DNA of 32,000 nucleotides from Neisseria lisongii (GTDB lineage Bacteria; Pseudomonadota; Gammaproteobacteria; Burkholderiales; Neisseriaceae). Shown here one piece after another: positions 17,215 through 27,591 of the stretch. Position numbers and translations under genes: made by a program. The notes beneath the pieces are model-generated. The model was not told the DNA's origin. It ran no database searches and saw only the letters and a program-made list of their open reading frames with translations. Where the stretch lies: contig NZ_CP116766.1 of the NCBI RefSeq assembly GCF_028463985.1, forward strand, positions 293,286-325,285, read 5' to 3'. How positions within the stretch are numbered: position 1 is the first letter of the stretch; each line of letters starts with the position of its first letter.

Positions 17215-17343
17215 AATTTCAAACAGCGTGTAGCATATATGCTCAGTATGTACGTGGCTGTTGGGTTTTGCTATGCTGTTTGAAAAGGAATAAGGGTGGT
17301 GCTACGGTTAACAATCAGATTTTATCAAAGCCGGTAAATATTT

Positions 17344-17377
17344 TAGGCCGTCTGAAAATCGATTTTCAGACGGCCTA
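17344..17377. terminator. DUS inverted pair terminator downstream of hemH
   Basis: TAGGCCGTCTGAAAATCGATTTTCAGACGGCCTA, 12 nt past the hemH stop. Confidence 0.65.
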
Positions 17378-17389
17378 TTTGATACAGAA

Positions 17390-18400
17390 TTACTCCCAGC
17401 CTTGCAGATTGCGTTTGGCTAAATCGGTTAGTGCCGCAATCCAAGCCGGATTATCGTTGAGGCAGGGGATGTAGTGGTATTGTTTGCCGCCGGCTTCGTG
17501 GAATTCTTCCCGTCCGGCCAAGGCGATTTCTTCCATGGTTTCGAGGCAGTCGGCCGTAAAGCCGGGGCAGAAGACATCGAGTTTGGTAATGCCTTGTTTG
17601 GGAAGCTGTTTGAACAGTGTCTGGGTGCTGGGAGCAATCCATTTGGCTTTGCCGAACTGGCTTTGGAAGGAAACGACATAATCGTCTTCGCTCAAACCCA
17701 AGCGTTGCGCCAGCAGGCGGGCGGTGTGGCGGCATTCGTCGGGGTAGGGGTCGCCGTCGTCGTGGTTTTTCTGCGGAATGCCGTGGAAACTCAGCATCAG
17801 TTTTTCGCCGCGGCCGTTTTGCGACCAATAGGCTTGGATATGCTGCGCCATGGCATCGATATAGCCGCTGTCGTCATAAAAACGGGAAACGGTACGCAGG
17901 CTCATTTGGTTGCGCTGCTGCAAAAGCTGCGCCAAAACTTTATCGACGGCGGCACCGGTGCTGGAGGCGGCGTATTGCGGATATAGGGGAATGACCAGCA
18001 GTTTGCCGACACCTTGGTTTTTTAAATCCTCTAAAACATCGGCTACGCTCGGATTGCCGTAAGTCATGGCGTGGCGGACAATGATATTGGGGAGGGCGGC
18101 GGCTAGGGCTTGGGTTTGGCGTTCGGTATAAACGGCCAGTGGCGAGCCTTGGTCAAACCAGATTTTTTGGTAACCGTGGGCGCTTTTTTTCGGGCGCAGG
18201 GTTAGCACTAAGCCCCGCAAAATCGGTTGCCACAAGAGTGTGGGCAATTCAACCACCCGCTGATCGGAGAGAAATTCTTTGAGATAGGGTTTCACCGCCT
18301 GCGCTGTCGGCGCATCGGGCGTGCCTAAATTCAGCAGCAAAACGGCGGTTTGGGTTTGTTGGGTGTATTGCAGGGCGGGTTCGTTTAAAAAGCGGGACAT
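17390..18400 (-). CDS. hemH: Ferrochelatase
   Basis: 336 aa. Typical N-terminus (AVLLLNLGTPDAPT...VKPYLKEFLSDQRVVE), with LSFHGIP and later conserved blocks. Confidence 0.92.
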   Translation of the reverse strand: MSRFLNEPALQYTQQTQTAVLLLNLGTPDAPTAQAVKPYLKEFLSDQRVVELPTLLWQPILRGLVLTLRPKKSAHGYQKIWFDQGSPLAVYTERQTQALAAALPNIIVRHAMTYGNPSVADVLEDLKNQGVGKLLVIPLYPQYAASSTGAAVDKVLAQLLQQRNQMSLRTVSRFYDDSGYIDAMAQHIQAYWSQNGRGEKLMLSFHGIPQKNHDDGDPYPDECRHTARLLAQRLGLSEDDYVVSFQSQFGKAKWIAPSTQTLFKQLPKQGITKLDVFCPGFTADCLETMEEIALAGREEFHEAGGKQYHYIPCLNDNPAWIAALTDLAKRNLQGWE

Positions 18401-18757
18401 GGTTATCAGCTTAATCGGTGGTCGGAATAAAGCCGTATTCTAGCAATAATCAGGCCGTCTGAAAAACGGCATATTAAAGGGAATTGTTGCGGCCTGTAAT
18501 CTGAAAAGTATGCAGGATTCGGGTTAAGGCATGTTAAATCAACTGTGGGAAAATGGTTTTTCTATCTGAATGGTTGGTGGATTGGGGTAAAATTGTCAAC
18601 AAAATAAAAATATTATTCTAATATTTTCATAAATATAGATTTTAACTATCTATTATTATTTGAAATTTTAATAAATTGACGATAAATTACAGTTTTATAC
18701 AAATTCAACTTTAAACCCGATTATTTTTCTTCTTCTTTTCCAAAAAAGGAACAGACC

Positions 18758-20077
18758 ATGTTACATCTTGATACAGACGAGCTGAACAGTCGGCCGCCTA
18801 AGCAAAAATTTTATCAAGTGCTGTATGTGCAGGTGATTTTTGCGATTGTTGTCGGCATTTTGTTGGGGCATTTTTACCCGAGCATCGGCGAAAGTATGCA
18901 GCCTTTGGGTACGGCGTTTATCAAGCTGGTGAAAATGATTATTGCGCCGGTGATTTTCCTGACGGTGGTAACCGGCATTACCGGCATGGGTAATATGAAG
19001 GCGGTCGGACGTGTGGCGGGCAAAGCCATGATTTACTTCCTGACTTTTTCCACACTGGCACTGGTGGTCGGATTGATTGTCTCCAACATTATCCAGCCGG
19101 GTGCAGGTTTGAATATTGACCCGAGTACGCTCAATTCAGACAAAGTATCGGAATACCTCTCCAAAGCACATGAAAGCACCATTACCGGCTTTTTGATGAA
19201 CATTATTCCGACCACTGTGTTAAGCCCGCTGATGGGCGGCGACATTCTGCAGGTTTTGTTTGTTTCTGTATTGTTCGGTTTCGCACTGGCTTCGGTCGGC
19301 GACAAAGCCCAACCGGTGATTCAGTTTCTGCAAGACTTGTCCGCACCCGTATTCAAAATGGTTTCGATTTTGATGAAAGCTGCGCCGATTGGTGCATTCG
19401 GCGCAATGGCATTCACCATCGGCAAATACGGCATCAGCTCTATCAGCAATCTGTTTATGCTGGTAATGACTTTCTATATCACCTCGATTTTGTTCGTTAT
19501 CGTGATTTTGGGTGCAGTGGCACGCTACAACGGTTTTTCCATCATCAAAATGATTCGTTATATTAAAGACGAATTGTGGCTGGTGTTGGGTACATCGTCT
19601 TCCGAATCTGCCCTGCCGACCCTGATGCAGAAAATGGAAGCTGCCGGTTGCGAAAAATCCGTAGTCGGTCTGGTAATTCCGACCGGTTACTCGTTCAACC
19701 TTGATGGCACCAATATCTATATGACCATGGCGGCACTGTTTATTGCCCAAGCCACCAACACCGATTTGACCCTTACCCACCAAATTACCCTGCTGCTGGT
19801 GGCGATGCTCAGTTCCAAAGGTGCGGCGGGCGTAACCGGAGCCGGCTTCATCACACTGGCGGCAACCTTGTCTGTCGTGCCGGGTTTGCCGGTAGAAGGC
19901 ATGGCACTGATTTTGGGCATCGACCGCTTTATGTCCGAATGCCGTGCTTTGACCAACCTTGTCGGCAACGCCTGCGCCTCAATTGTTGTCGCCCGCTGGG
20001 AAAATGCTTTGGATAAAGACAAACTCGATGCGGCATTAAACGGTAAATTGAAAGTGAACACCGATTCAAGCCATTAA
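18758..20077 (+). CDS. dctA: C4-dicarboxylate transport protein DctA (dicarboxylate/amino acid:cation symporter family)
   Basis: 439 aa. [24 protein letters not shown]..., with the SSSE.ALP and FM.E.RA.TN..GN motifs typical of DAACS and DctA. Confidence 0.88.
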   Translation: MLHLDTDELNSRPPKQKFYQVLYVQVIFAIVVGILLGHFYPSIGESMQPLGTAFIKLVKMIIAPVIFLTVVTGITGMGNMKAVGRVAGKAMIYFLTFSTLALVVGLIVSNIIQPGAGLNIDPSTLNSDKVSEYLSKAHESTITGFLMNIIPTTVLSPLMGGDILQVLFVSVLFGFALASVGDKAQPVIQFLQDLSAPVFKMVSILMKAAPIGAFGAMAFTIGKYGISSISNLFMLVMTFYITSILFVIVILGAVARYNGFSIIKMIRYIKDELWLVLGTSSSESALPTLMQKMEAAGCEKSVVGLVIPTGYSFNLDGTNIYMTMAALFIAQATNTDLTLTHQITLLLVAMLSSKGAAGVTGAGFITLAATLSVVPGLPVEGMALILGIDRFMSECRALTNLVGNACASIVVARWENALDKDKLDAALNGKLKVNTDSSH

Positions 20078-20092
20078 TCCTAATTCTTGAGT

Positions 20093-20162
20093 TATAGTGG
20101 ATGAACTTAACTTTCGCTACGGCGTTGCTGCCTTGTATCGAAAATTAATTAAATCCGCTATA
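20093..20162. mobile_element. Mini Correia-like element (~70 bp), second member
   Basis: TATAGTGGATGAACTTAACTTTCGCTACGGCGTTGCTGCCTTGTATCGAAAATTAATTAAATCCGCTATA. Same architecture as 9614-9680. Confidence 0.7.
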
Positions 20163-20169
20163 GAAAAAA

Positions 20170-20206
20170 CGAGGCCGTCTGAAAATGCGATTTTCAGACG
20201 GCCTCG
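20170..20206. terminator. Bidirectional DUS-pair terminator between convergent dctA and tgt
   Basis: CGAGGCCGTCTGAAAATGCGATTTTCAGACGGCCTCG, flanked by an A-run and a T-run. Confidence 0.75.
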
Positions 20207-20225
20207 TTTTATGTTGCTTTGCTTA

Positions 20226-21383
<1,158 letters not shown>

Positions 21384-21564
21384 TTATAGTCAATTTACGG
21401 GAAAACTGCATAACGAATGCAGACCGGTTTTGCATGATTGGCGGCACAGTATCGTCTGCTTGCGGGAAAAGTGCGGCGAAATTCAGACGGCATGGGCGAT
21501 AGGCCGTCTGAAAAACAGGTTTCGTGCTTGCCAAGTTAAGGGGCAATCATATAGAATTACAGAC

Positions 21565-21671
21565 CATAGTGGAACTACCTCAAGGTACTATAGCGTTGGC
21601 TTGCCTTGCCGTATTACTCATATTGTCTGCGGCTCGCCGTCTTACTATTACCTTGAGGTAGCTCCACTATA
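21565..21671. mobile_element. Correia-family element, short (~107 bp) variant with divergent 22 bp terminal inverted repeats
   Basis: ATAGTGGAACTACCTCAAGGTA ... TACCTTGAGGTAGCTCCACTAT. The core GCGTTGGCTTGCCTTGCCGTATTACTCATATTGTCTGCGGCTCGCCGTCTT resembles the Correia core as I remember it. Confidence 0.7.
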
Positions 21672-21872
21672 AATTTTGCCGAAATCCGCCTTGCTGCTAA
21701 AACACTTGTTTTTTGTGCAGCACCGGCTTGTTTAACAGGGAAAATTCCCGCTGACAGGCCGTCTGAAAATAAAGACGCTGCGGTTTCGGTGCAGCAAACG
21801 ATTTTATACGGCTGTGCAATGCCGGAAAATACCGCACCCACGCACGGCACTTCTCAATTTGGAGCTTTTTTG

Positions 21873-23786
21873 ATGTTGAACATTACCTTGCCCGACGGCT
21901 CAGTCCGCCAATATGAATCACCGGTTACCGTGGCGCAGATTGCCGCCTCAATCGGCGCAGGATTGGCGAAAGCAACGGTGGCGGGTAAAGTCAACGGCAA
22001 GCTGGTCGATGCCTGCGATCCGATTACTGAAGACGCTTCCGTGCAGATTATCACGCCGAAAGACAAAGAAGGCGTGGAAATTATCCGCCACTCTTGCGCC
22101 CACTTGGTCGGCCACGCTGTCAAACAGCTTTATCCGAATGCCAAAATGGTTATCGGTCCGGTGATTGAAGACGGTTTTTATTACGATATTGCGACTGAAA
22201 AACCGTTTACGCCGGAAGATGTAGCAGCGATTGAAGAGCGCATGAAGGCATTGATTGCGCAGGATTATGATGTCGTTAAAGTAATGACGCCCCGTGCCGA
22301 AACCATCAAAACCTTCCAAGAGCGCGGCGAAGAATACAAACTGCGCCTGATTGACGATATGCCCGAAGTCGAAGCCATGGGTCTGTATCATCATCAGGAA
22401 TATGTCGATATGTGCCGCGGCCCGCACGTTCCCAATACCCGTTTCCTGAAAAATTTCAAGCTCACCAAACTGGCGGGCGCTTACTGGCGAGGCGACAGCA
22501 ACAATGAAATGCTGCAACGTGTGTACGGCACAGCTTGGGCAAGCAAAGACGAGTTAAAAGCCTATATCCAGCGGATCGAAGAAGCTGAAAAACGGGATCA
22601 CCGCAAACTGGGTAAACAGTTGGACTTGTTCCACTTGCAAGACGAAGCGCCGGGCATGGTGTTCTGGCACCCGAAAGGTTGGGCATTGTGGCAGGCGATT
22701 GAGCAACACATGCGCAAAGAGCTGGATGCCGCCGGTTATAAAGAAGTCAAAACGCCCCAAATCATGGATAAAACCTTTTGGGAAAAATCCGGCCATTGGG
22801 ATAATTACAAAGACAATATGTTCGTAACCAATTCGGAAAAACGGGAATATGCGGTTAAACCGATGAACTGTCCGGGTCATGTGCAGATTTTCAACAACGG
22901 TCTGCGCTCATACCGTGATTTGCCGATGCGTTTGGCAGAATTCGGTTCATGCCACCGCAACGAGCCGAGCGGTGCGCTGCACGGCCTGATGCGTGTGCGT
23001 GGCTTTGTGCAGGACGATGCACATATTTTCTGTACCGAAGAGCAAATCGTTGCCGAAGCGCAAGCCTTTAACGAATTGCTGGTGCGGATTTACAAACAGT
23101 TCGGCTTCCATGATGTATCGGTAAAACTGTCGCTGCGTCCGGAAAAACGTGCCGGTTCCGATGAAATTTGGGACAGAGCCGAACAGGGCTTGCGTGAAGC
23201 TCTGACCGCCTGCGGCGTAGAGTGGGAAGAATTGCCGGGCGAAGGTGCATTCTACGGCCCGAAAATCGAATATCATGTTAAAGATGCCTTGGGTCGTTCT
23301 TGGCAGTGCGGCACATTGCAACTGGATTTCGTATTACCCGAACGCCTGAACGCCGAATACGTTACCGAAAACAACGACCGGGCCCGTCCGGTGATGCTGC
23401 ACCGTGCGATTTTGGGTTCGCTGGAGCGCTTTATCGGCATCTTGATTGAAAACCATGCCGGTTCGTTCCCGCTGTGGCTGGCGCCGGTGCAGATGGTGAT
23501 TATGAACATCACCGAAAATCAGGCAGACTATTGCCGAGAAGTCGCCGCCAAACTGCAGGCCGCAGGCTTCCGTGTAGAATTGGATTTGCGTAACGAAAAA
23601 ATCGGCTACAAAATTCGGGACAACAGCCAATACCGTTTCCCTTACCAAATCGTTGTCGGCGATAAAGAGAAACAGGAAAACAAAGTGGCCGTGCGCCGCA
23701 AAGCAGAAGACTTGGGTTCGCTCGATTTAGATGATTTTATTGCAAAACTGCAACAGGAAATCACCGAATCCCTCGTTAATCATTAA
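21873..23786 (+). CDS. thrS: Threonine--tRNA ligase
   Basis: Start moved to the ATG at 21873, with GGAG 9 nt upstream. 637 aa: TGS domain [15 protein letters not shown], editing-domain HSCAHL, class II core and anticodon-binding domain. Confidence 0.94.
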   Translation: MLNITLPDGSVRQYESPVTVAQIAASIGAGLAKATVAGKVNGKLVDACDPITEDASVQIITPKDKEGVEIIRHSCAHLVGHAVKQLYPNAKMVIGPVIEDGFYYDIATEKPFTPEDVAAIEERMKALIAQDYDVVKVMTPRAETIKTFQERGEEYKLRLIDDMPEVEAMGLYHHQEYVDMCRGPHVPNTRFLKNFKLTKLAGAYWRGDSNNEMLQRVYGTAWASKDELKAYIQRIEEAEKRDHRKLGKQLDLFHLQDEAPGMVFWHPKGWALWQAIEQHMRKELDAAGYKEVKTPQIMDKTFWEKSGHWDNYKDNMFVTNSEKREYAVKPMNCPGHVQIFNNGLRSYRDLPMRLAEFGSCHRNEPSGALHGLMRVRGFVQDDAHIFCTEEQIVAEAQAFNELLVRIYKQFGFHDVSVKLSLRPEKRAGSDEIWDRAEQGLREALTACGVEWEELPGEGAFYGPKIEYHVKDALGRSWQCGTLQLDFVLPERLNAEYVTENNDRARPVMLHRAILGSLERFIGILIENHAGSFPLWLAPVQMVIMNITENQADYCREVAAKLQAAGFRVELDLRNEKIGYKIRDNSQYRFPYQIVVGDKEKQENKVAVRRKAEDLGSLDLDDFIAKLQQEITESLVNH

Positions 23787-23806
23787 TCTTTAAAAGGAGT
23801 ATCATC

Positions 23807-24325
23807 ATCGCTCAAGAACGCGAAGCACGAATCAACGGCGAAATTACCGCCAAAGAAGTGCGATTAATCAGTGATTCAGGCGAACAGTTGGGAGTAGTGT
23901 CTGTTCGTGAGGCTTTGGCTATGGCTGAAGAGCAGGACGTGGATTTGGTGGAAATTTCCCCCAATGCCAAACCGCCCGTGTGCAAACTTATGGACTACGG
24001 TAAATACAAATACCAAATGGCCAAAAAGCGGGACGAAGCCAAGAAAAACCAAAAACAGGTTCAGATTAAGGAAATCAAATTCCGTCCGGGTACGGATGAA
24101 GGCGATTACCAAATCAAAATGCGCAACATCAACCGCTTTTTGGCAGACGGCGACAAGGTAAAAGTAACCCTGCGTTTCCGCGGTCGTGAGATGGCACACC
24201 AACAACTGGGCGCACAGCTTCTGGAGCGGGTGAAAGAAGATTTGGCCGAAGTAGTGCAAATCGAGTCTTTCCCGAAAATGGAAGGCCGCCAAATGGTAAT
24301 GATGATTGCGCCGAAGAAAAAATAA
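23807..24325 (+). CDS. infC: Translation initiation factor IF-3, with a non-canonical ATC start
   Basis: The reading frame opens at 23780 and has no ATG, GTG or TTG before 23858. The conserved IF-3 N-terminus [20 protein letters not shown] is encoded from 23810. Three ATC codons (23801, 23804, 23807) follow an AAGGAG RBS at 23794-23799. The exact ATC used is uncertain. Confidence 0.85.
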   Translation: MAQEREARINGEITAKEVRLISDSGEQLGVVSVREALAMAEEQDVDLVEISPNAKPPVCKLMDYGKYKYQMAKKRDEAKKNQKQVQIKEIKFRPGTDEGDYQIKMRNINRFLADGDKVKVTLRFRGREMAHQQLGAQLLERVKEDLAEVVQIESFPKMEGRQMVMMIAPKKK

Positions 24326-24334
24326 GGCTATAAT
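24306..24334 (+). promoter_or_regulatory. Candidate internal promoter for rpmI-rplT at the infC 3' end (TTGCGC-N17-TATAAT)
   Basis: A perfect -10 lies at 24329-24334 and a -35-like TTGCGC at 24306-24311. E. coli has an analogous promoter inside infC. Confidence 0.35.
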
Positions 24335-24338
24335 TCTC

Positions 24339-24369
24339 GGCTTATTCCGATTGCCGCACGGAATAGGCT
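24339..24369 (+). promoter_or_regulatory. Stable hairpin in the rpmI leader (possible L20 operator or attenuator element)
   Basis: GGCTTATTCCG-ATTGCCGCA-CGGAATAGGCT: an 11 bp stem including two G-U pairs. No T-run follows. Confidence 0.35.
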
Positions 24370-24472
24370 TGAAAAAAGCGGCAAAAACCGTGGTGTTTGG
24401 GTTTCAAGTGTTTGAAAGATTGAAAATTTCAAAGCCCCTTATGCCTTATCTAATAATGAATGGAGTTTTCCC

Positions 24473-24670
24473 ATGCCTAAAATGAAAACCAAGTCGAGCG
24501 CGAAAAAACGCTTCAAAGTACTGGGTAACGGTGGTGTAAAACGCGGTCATGCGTTCAAAAGTCATATCCTGACCAAAAAAACCACAAAAACCAAACGCCA
24601 ACTGCGCGGCACCTCTATGGTGAACGAACGCGATTTGGCTTCTGTTGCTAAAATGTTACCTTACGCTTAA
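24473..24670 (+). CDS. rpmI: 50S ribosomal protein L35
   Basis: 65 aa, [42 protein letters not shown]. Confidence 0.96.
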   Translation: MPKMKTKSSAKKRFKVLGNGGVKRGHAFKSHILTKKTTKTKRQLRGTSMVNERDLASVAKMLPYA

Positions 24671-24681
24671 GGAGTTAAACT

Positions 24682-25041
24682 ATGCCACGCGTAAAACGCG
24701 GTGTAACCGCTCGTGCCCGTCACCAAAAAATCTTCGCTTTAGCCAAAGGCTACCGCGGTCGTCGTAAAAACGTTTACCGTGTTGCCAAACAAGCGGTAAT
24801 GAAAGCCGGTCAATACGCTTACCGTGACCGCCGCCAACGCAAACGCCAATTCCGTCAACTGTGGATTGTGCGTATTAACGCCGGTGCCCGTGAAAACGGT
24901 CTGTCTTACAGCAAATTCATGAACGGCTTGAAACGTGCGGCTATCGAAATCGACCGCAAAGTATTGGCTGATTTGGCTGTATTCGACAAAGCGGCATTTG
25001 CCCAACTGGTTGAAAAAGCAAAAGCTGCTCTGGCTGCTTAA
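24682..25041 (+). CDS. rplT: 50S ribosomal protein L20
   Basis: 119 aa, [17 protein letters not shown]...[42 protein letters not shown]. Confidence 0.96.
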   Translation: MPRVKRGVTARARHQKIFALAKGYRGRRKNVYRVAKQAVMKAGQYAYRDRRQRKRQFRQLWIVRINAGARENGLSYSKFMNGLKRAAIEIDRKVLADLAVFDKAAFAQLVEKAKAALAA

Positions 25042-25053
25042 TCCAAACAGCGT

Positions 25054-25085
25054 AAAAAAGGAAACCTCGGTTTCCTTTTTTTATT
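25054..25085 (+). terminator. Rho-independent terminator after rplT
   Basis: AAAAAAGGAAACCTCGGTTTCCTTTTTTTATTTT. Confidence 0.85.
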
Positions 25086-25154
25086 TTCTAAAACAAAATA
25101 TCAGCAAATTAGGCCGTCTGAAAACCGGAAACAGATTGTAATATTTGTTTTTTA

Positions 25155-25461
25155 TATAGTGAATTAACTGAATAATCCATACAATTTAATCCGATACTTG
25201 TAGGGTGCGGGCCAAAGCACGCACCTGTTCTGTGCATTTTATGTCGAAGCCGTCTGAAAATCCGATTTTAGCTTCGCAGAAACTCGCTACGCTCGTTTTG
25301 GCGAAACCTGCGGTTTTCAGACGGCATTCATGTGGAATTTAAAGAGCACGTGCATGCTTAGGCAAGTACGCTACACACCGTTCCCCGTCCCGCTGGCGGG
25401 AAGAGATTAGGGGAAGGGTGGCTCGTTGTGGTGCCATATTTTTTTCGGTTGATTTACTATA
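25155..25461. mobile_element. Copy B of the ~310-325 bp nested-palindromic MITE-like repeat
   Basis: TATAGTGAATTAAC ... GTTGATTTACTATA. Collinear with 6792-7115 apart from a 30 bp module absent here and a ~13 bp GGGAAG duplication present here. Internal DUS copies at 25249-25258 and 25315-25324. Confidence 0.8.
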
Positions 25462-25645
25462 TTTGCTCCCGATTTTCAGACGGCCTCTATCCGATAGGTT
25501 GTTGATTTGTTTCAAAGCCTGTTTTTTTATGGCAATTTACGTTAAAATACGGCTCATTTGTTAAACGGATTGGCCTATTATTCGGGCTGTCTGAAACGCT
25601 TCGGCTGATTTGCTCATCAAATAAGAAATCCACCACGCTGCTTAG

Positions 25646-26755
<1,110 letters not shown>

Positions 26756-26761
26756 ACCGAC

Positions 26762-26793
26762 AGGCCGTCTGAAAATCTACTTTCAGACGGCAT
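26762..26793. terminator. DUS inverted pair hairpin after pheS
   Basis: AGGCCGTCTGAAAATCTACTTTCAGACGGCAT. Confidence 0.55.
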
Positions 26794-26820
26794 ACCCAAC
26801 AAAAAACATAAAGTTTTCCA

Positions 26821-27228
26821 ATGAAAGAATTAACCATTCAGCCGCTGATAAACGCCATCAACCGCCTGCAAGAGGGTTGGCTGCGTTATCTGCAAGACAC
26901 GAGTGATACGCAAATTCGTGATGGCTTAATTCAACGTTTTGAATTTACTTATGAAATCAGTCATAAAATTTTAAAGCGTTATTTGGAGAACACATCAGCG
27001 AATCCTGAACAATTCGATATGATGAGTTTCCAAGACTTAATCCGAACCGCCAATGAACAATCTTTATTGCTTGGCGATTGGCAGGATTGGAAACAATATC
27101 GAGATATGCGAGCCAGAACCAGCCATACCTACGATGAAGCCATTGCGCTTGCCGTGGTGCAAGGGATTGAGAAATTTCTCGCCGAAGCGCAATTTTTGGC
27201 GCAGCAGTTACAGCAAAGGCAAGCATGA
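26821..27228 (+). CDS. HEPN-domain protein, HI0074-like (nucleotidyltransferase substrate-binding family); putative RNase toxin of an MNT/HEPN pair
   Basis: 135 aa, predicted all-helical. The motif R97-ARTS-H102-T-Y104 fits the HEPN Rx4-6H / Rx4HxY signature. It overlaps the downstream MNT gene by ATGA. Confidence 0.75.
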   Translation: MKELTIQPLINAINRLQEGWLRYLQDTSDTQIRDGLIQRFEFTYEISHKILKRYLENTSANPEQFDMMSFQDLIRTANEQSLLLGDWQDWKQYRDMRARTSHTYDEAIALAVVQGIEKFLAEAQFLAQQLQQRQA

Positions 27229-27524
27229 TCACCATCGCTCCCGAAGATTTGCAGATGGTGCAAAACATTCTGCGGCAATATATTCCTCAGCGCACCGTTT
27301 GGGCATTTGGTTCACGGGTCGTAGGCAATGCCAAACCATATTCTGATTTAGACTTGGCTATTTTGGGTGATAACCCTTTGTCTTTGCAAGAACATGCCGA
27401 TTTGGCGGACGCATTTTCCCAAAGCGATTTGCCGTGGAAAGTGGATTTGGTGGATTGGCACTTAATCAGCGAAGAATTTCGCAACATTATCCGGCAAAAA
27501 TATTGGATTATTCAGGCCGTCTGA
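27225..27524 (+). CDS. Minimal nucleotidyltransferase (MNT, HI0073-like); putative cognate antitoxin
   Basis: 99 aa. The pol-beta NTase signature is FGSRVVGNAKPYSDLDLAI (GS...DxD), with a third acidic residue in KVDLVD. Confidence 0.78.
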   Translation: MITIAPEDLQMVQNILRQYIPQRTVWAFGSRVVGNAKPYSDLDLAILGDNPLSLQEHADLADAFSQSDLPWKVDLVDWHLISEEFRNIIRQKYWIIQAV

Positions 27525-27591
27525 AAATTAAAAAATAATATTTTTCTTTATTATTCAGTGAGTTTCAATAACTCTAAAAAGGTTTCAAATT

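Noticed and set aside
16956-17222. 88 aa minus-strand ORF and 62 aa plus-strand ORF overlapping the islet lipoprotein gene.
   Set aside because: AT-rich DNA readily yields spurious ORFs. Neither has an RBS, and the lipoprotein frame has a canonical signal peptide, lipobox and SD.
18401-18757. Sigma-54 (GG-N10-GC) promoter for dctA, as found in rhizobia.
   Set aside because: I found no TGGCAC-N5-TTGC-like motif, and the only TGG-containing candidates fail the spacing.
25500-25565. pheM-like Phe-rich leader peptide upstream of pheS (TTG start, LLICFKACFFMAIYVKIRLIC).
   Set aside because: It has only three Phe codons, a non-ATG start placed directly against a weak AGG, and no clear coupling to the downstream hairpin.
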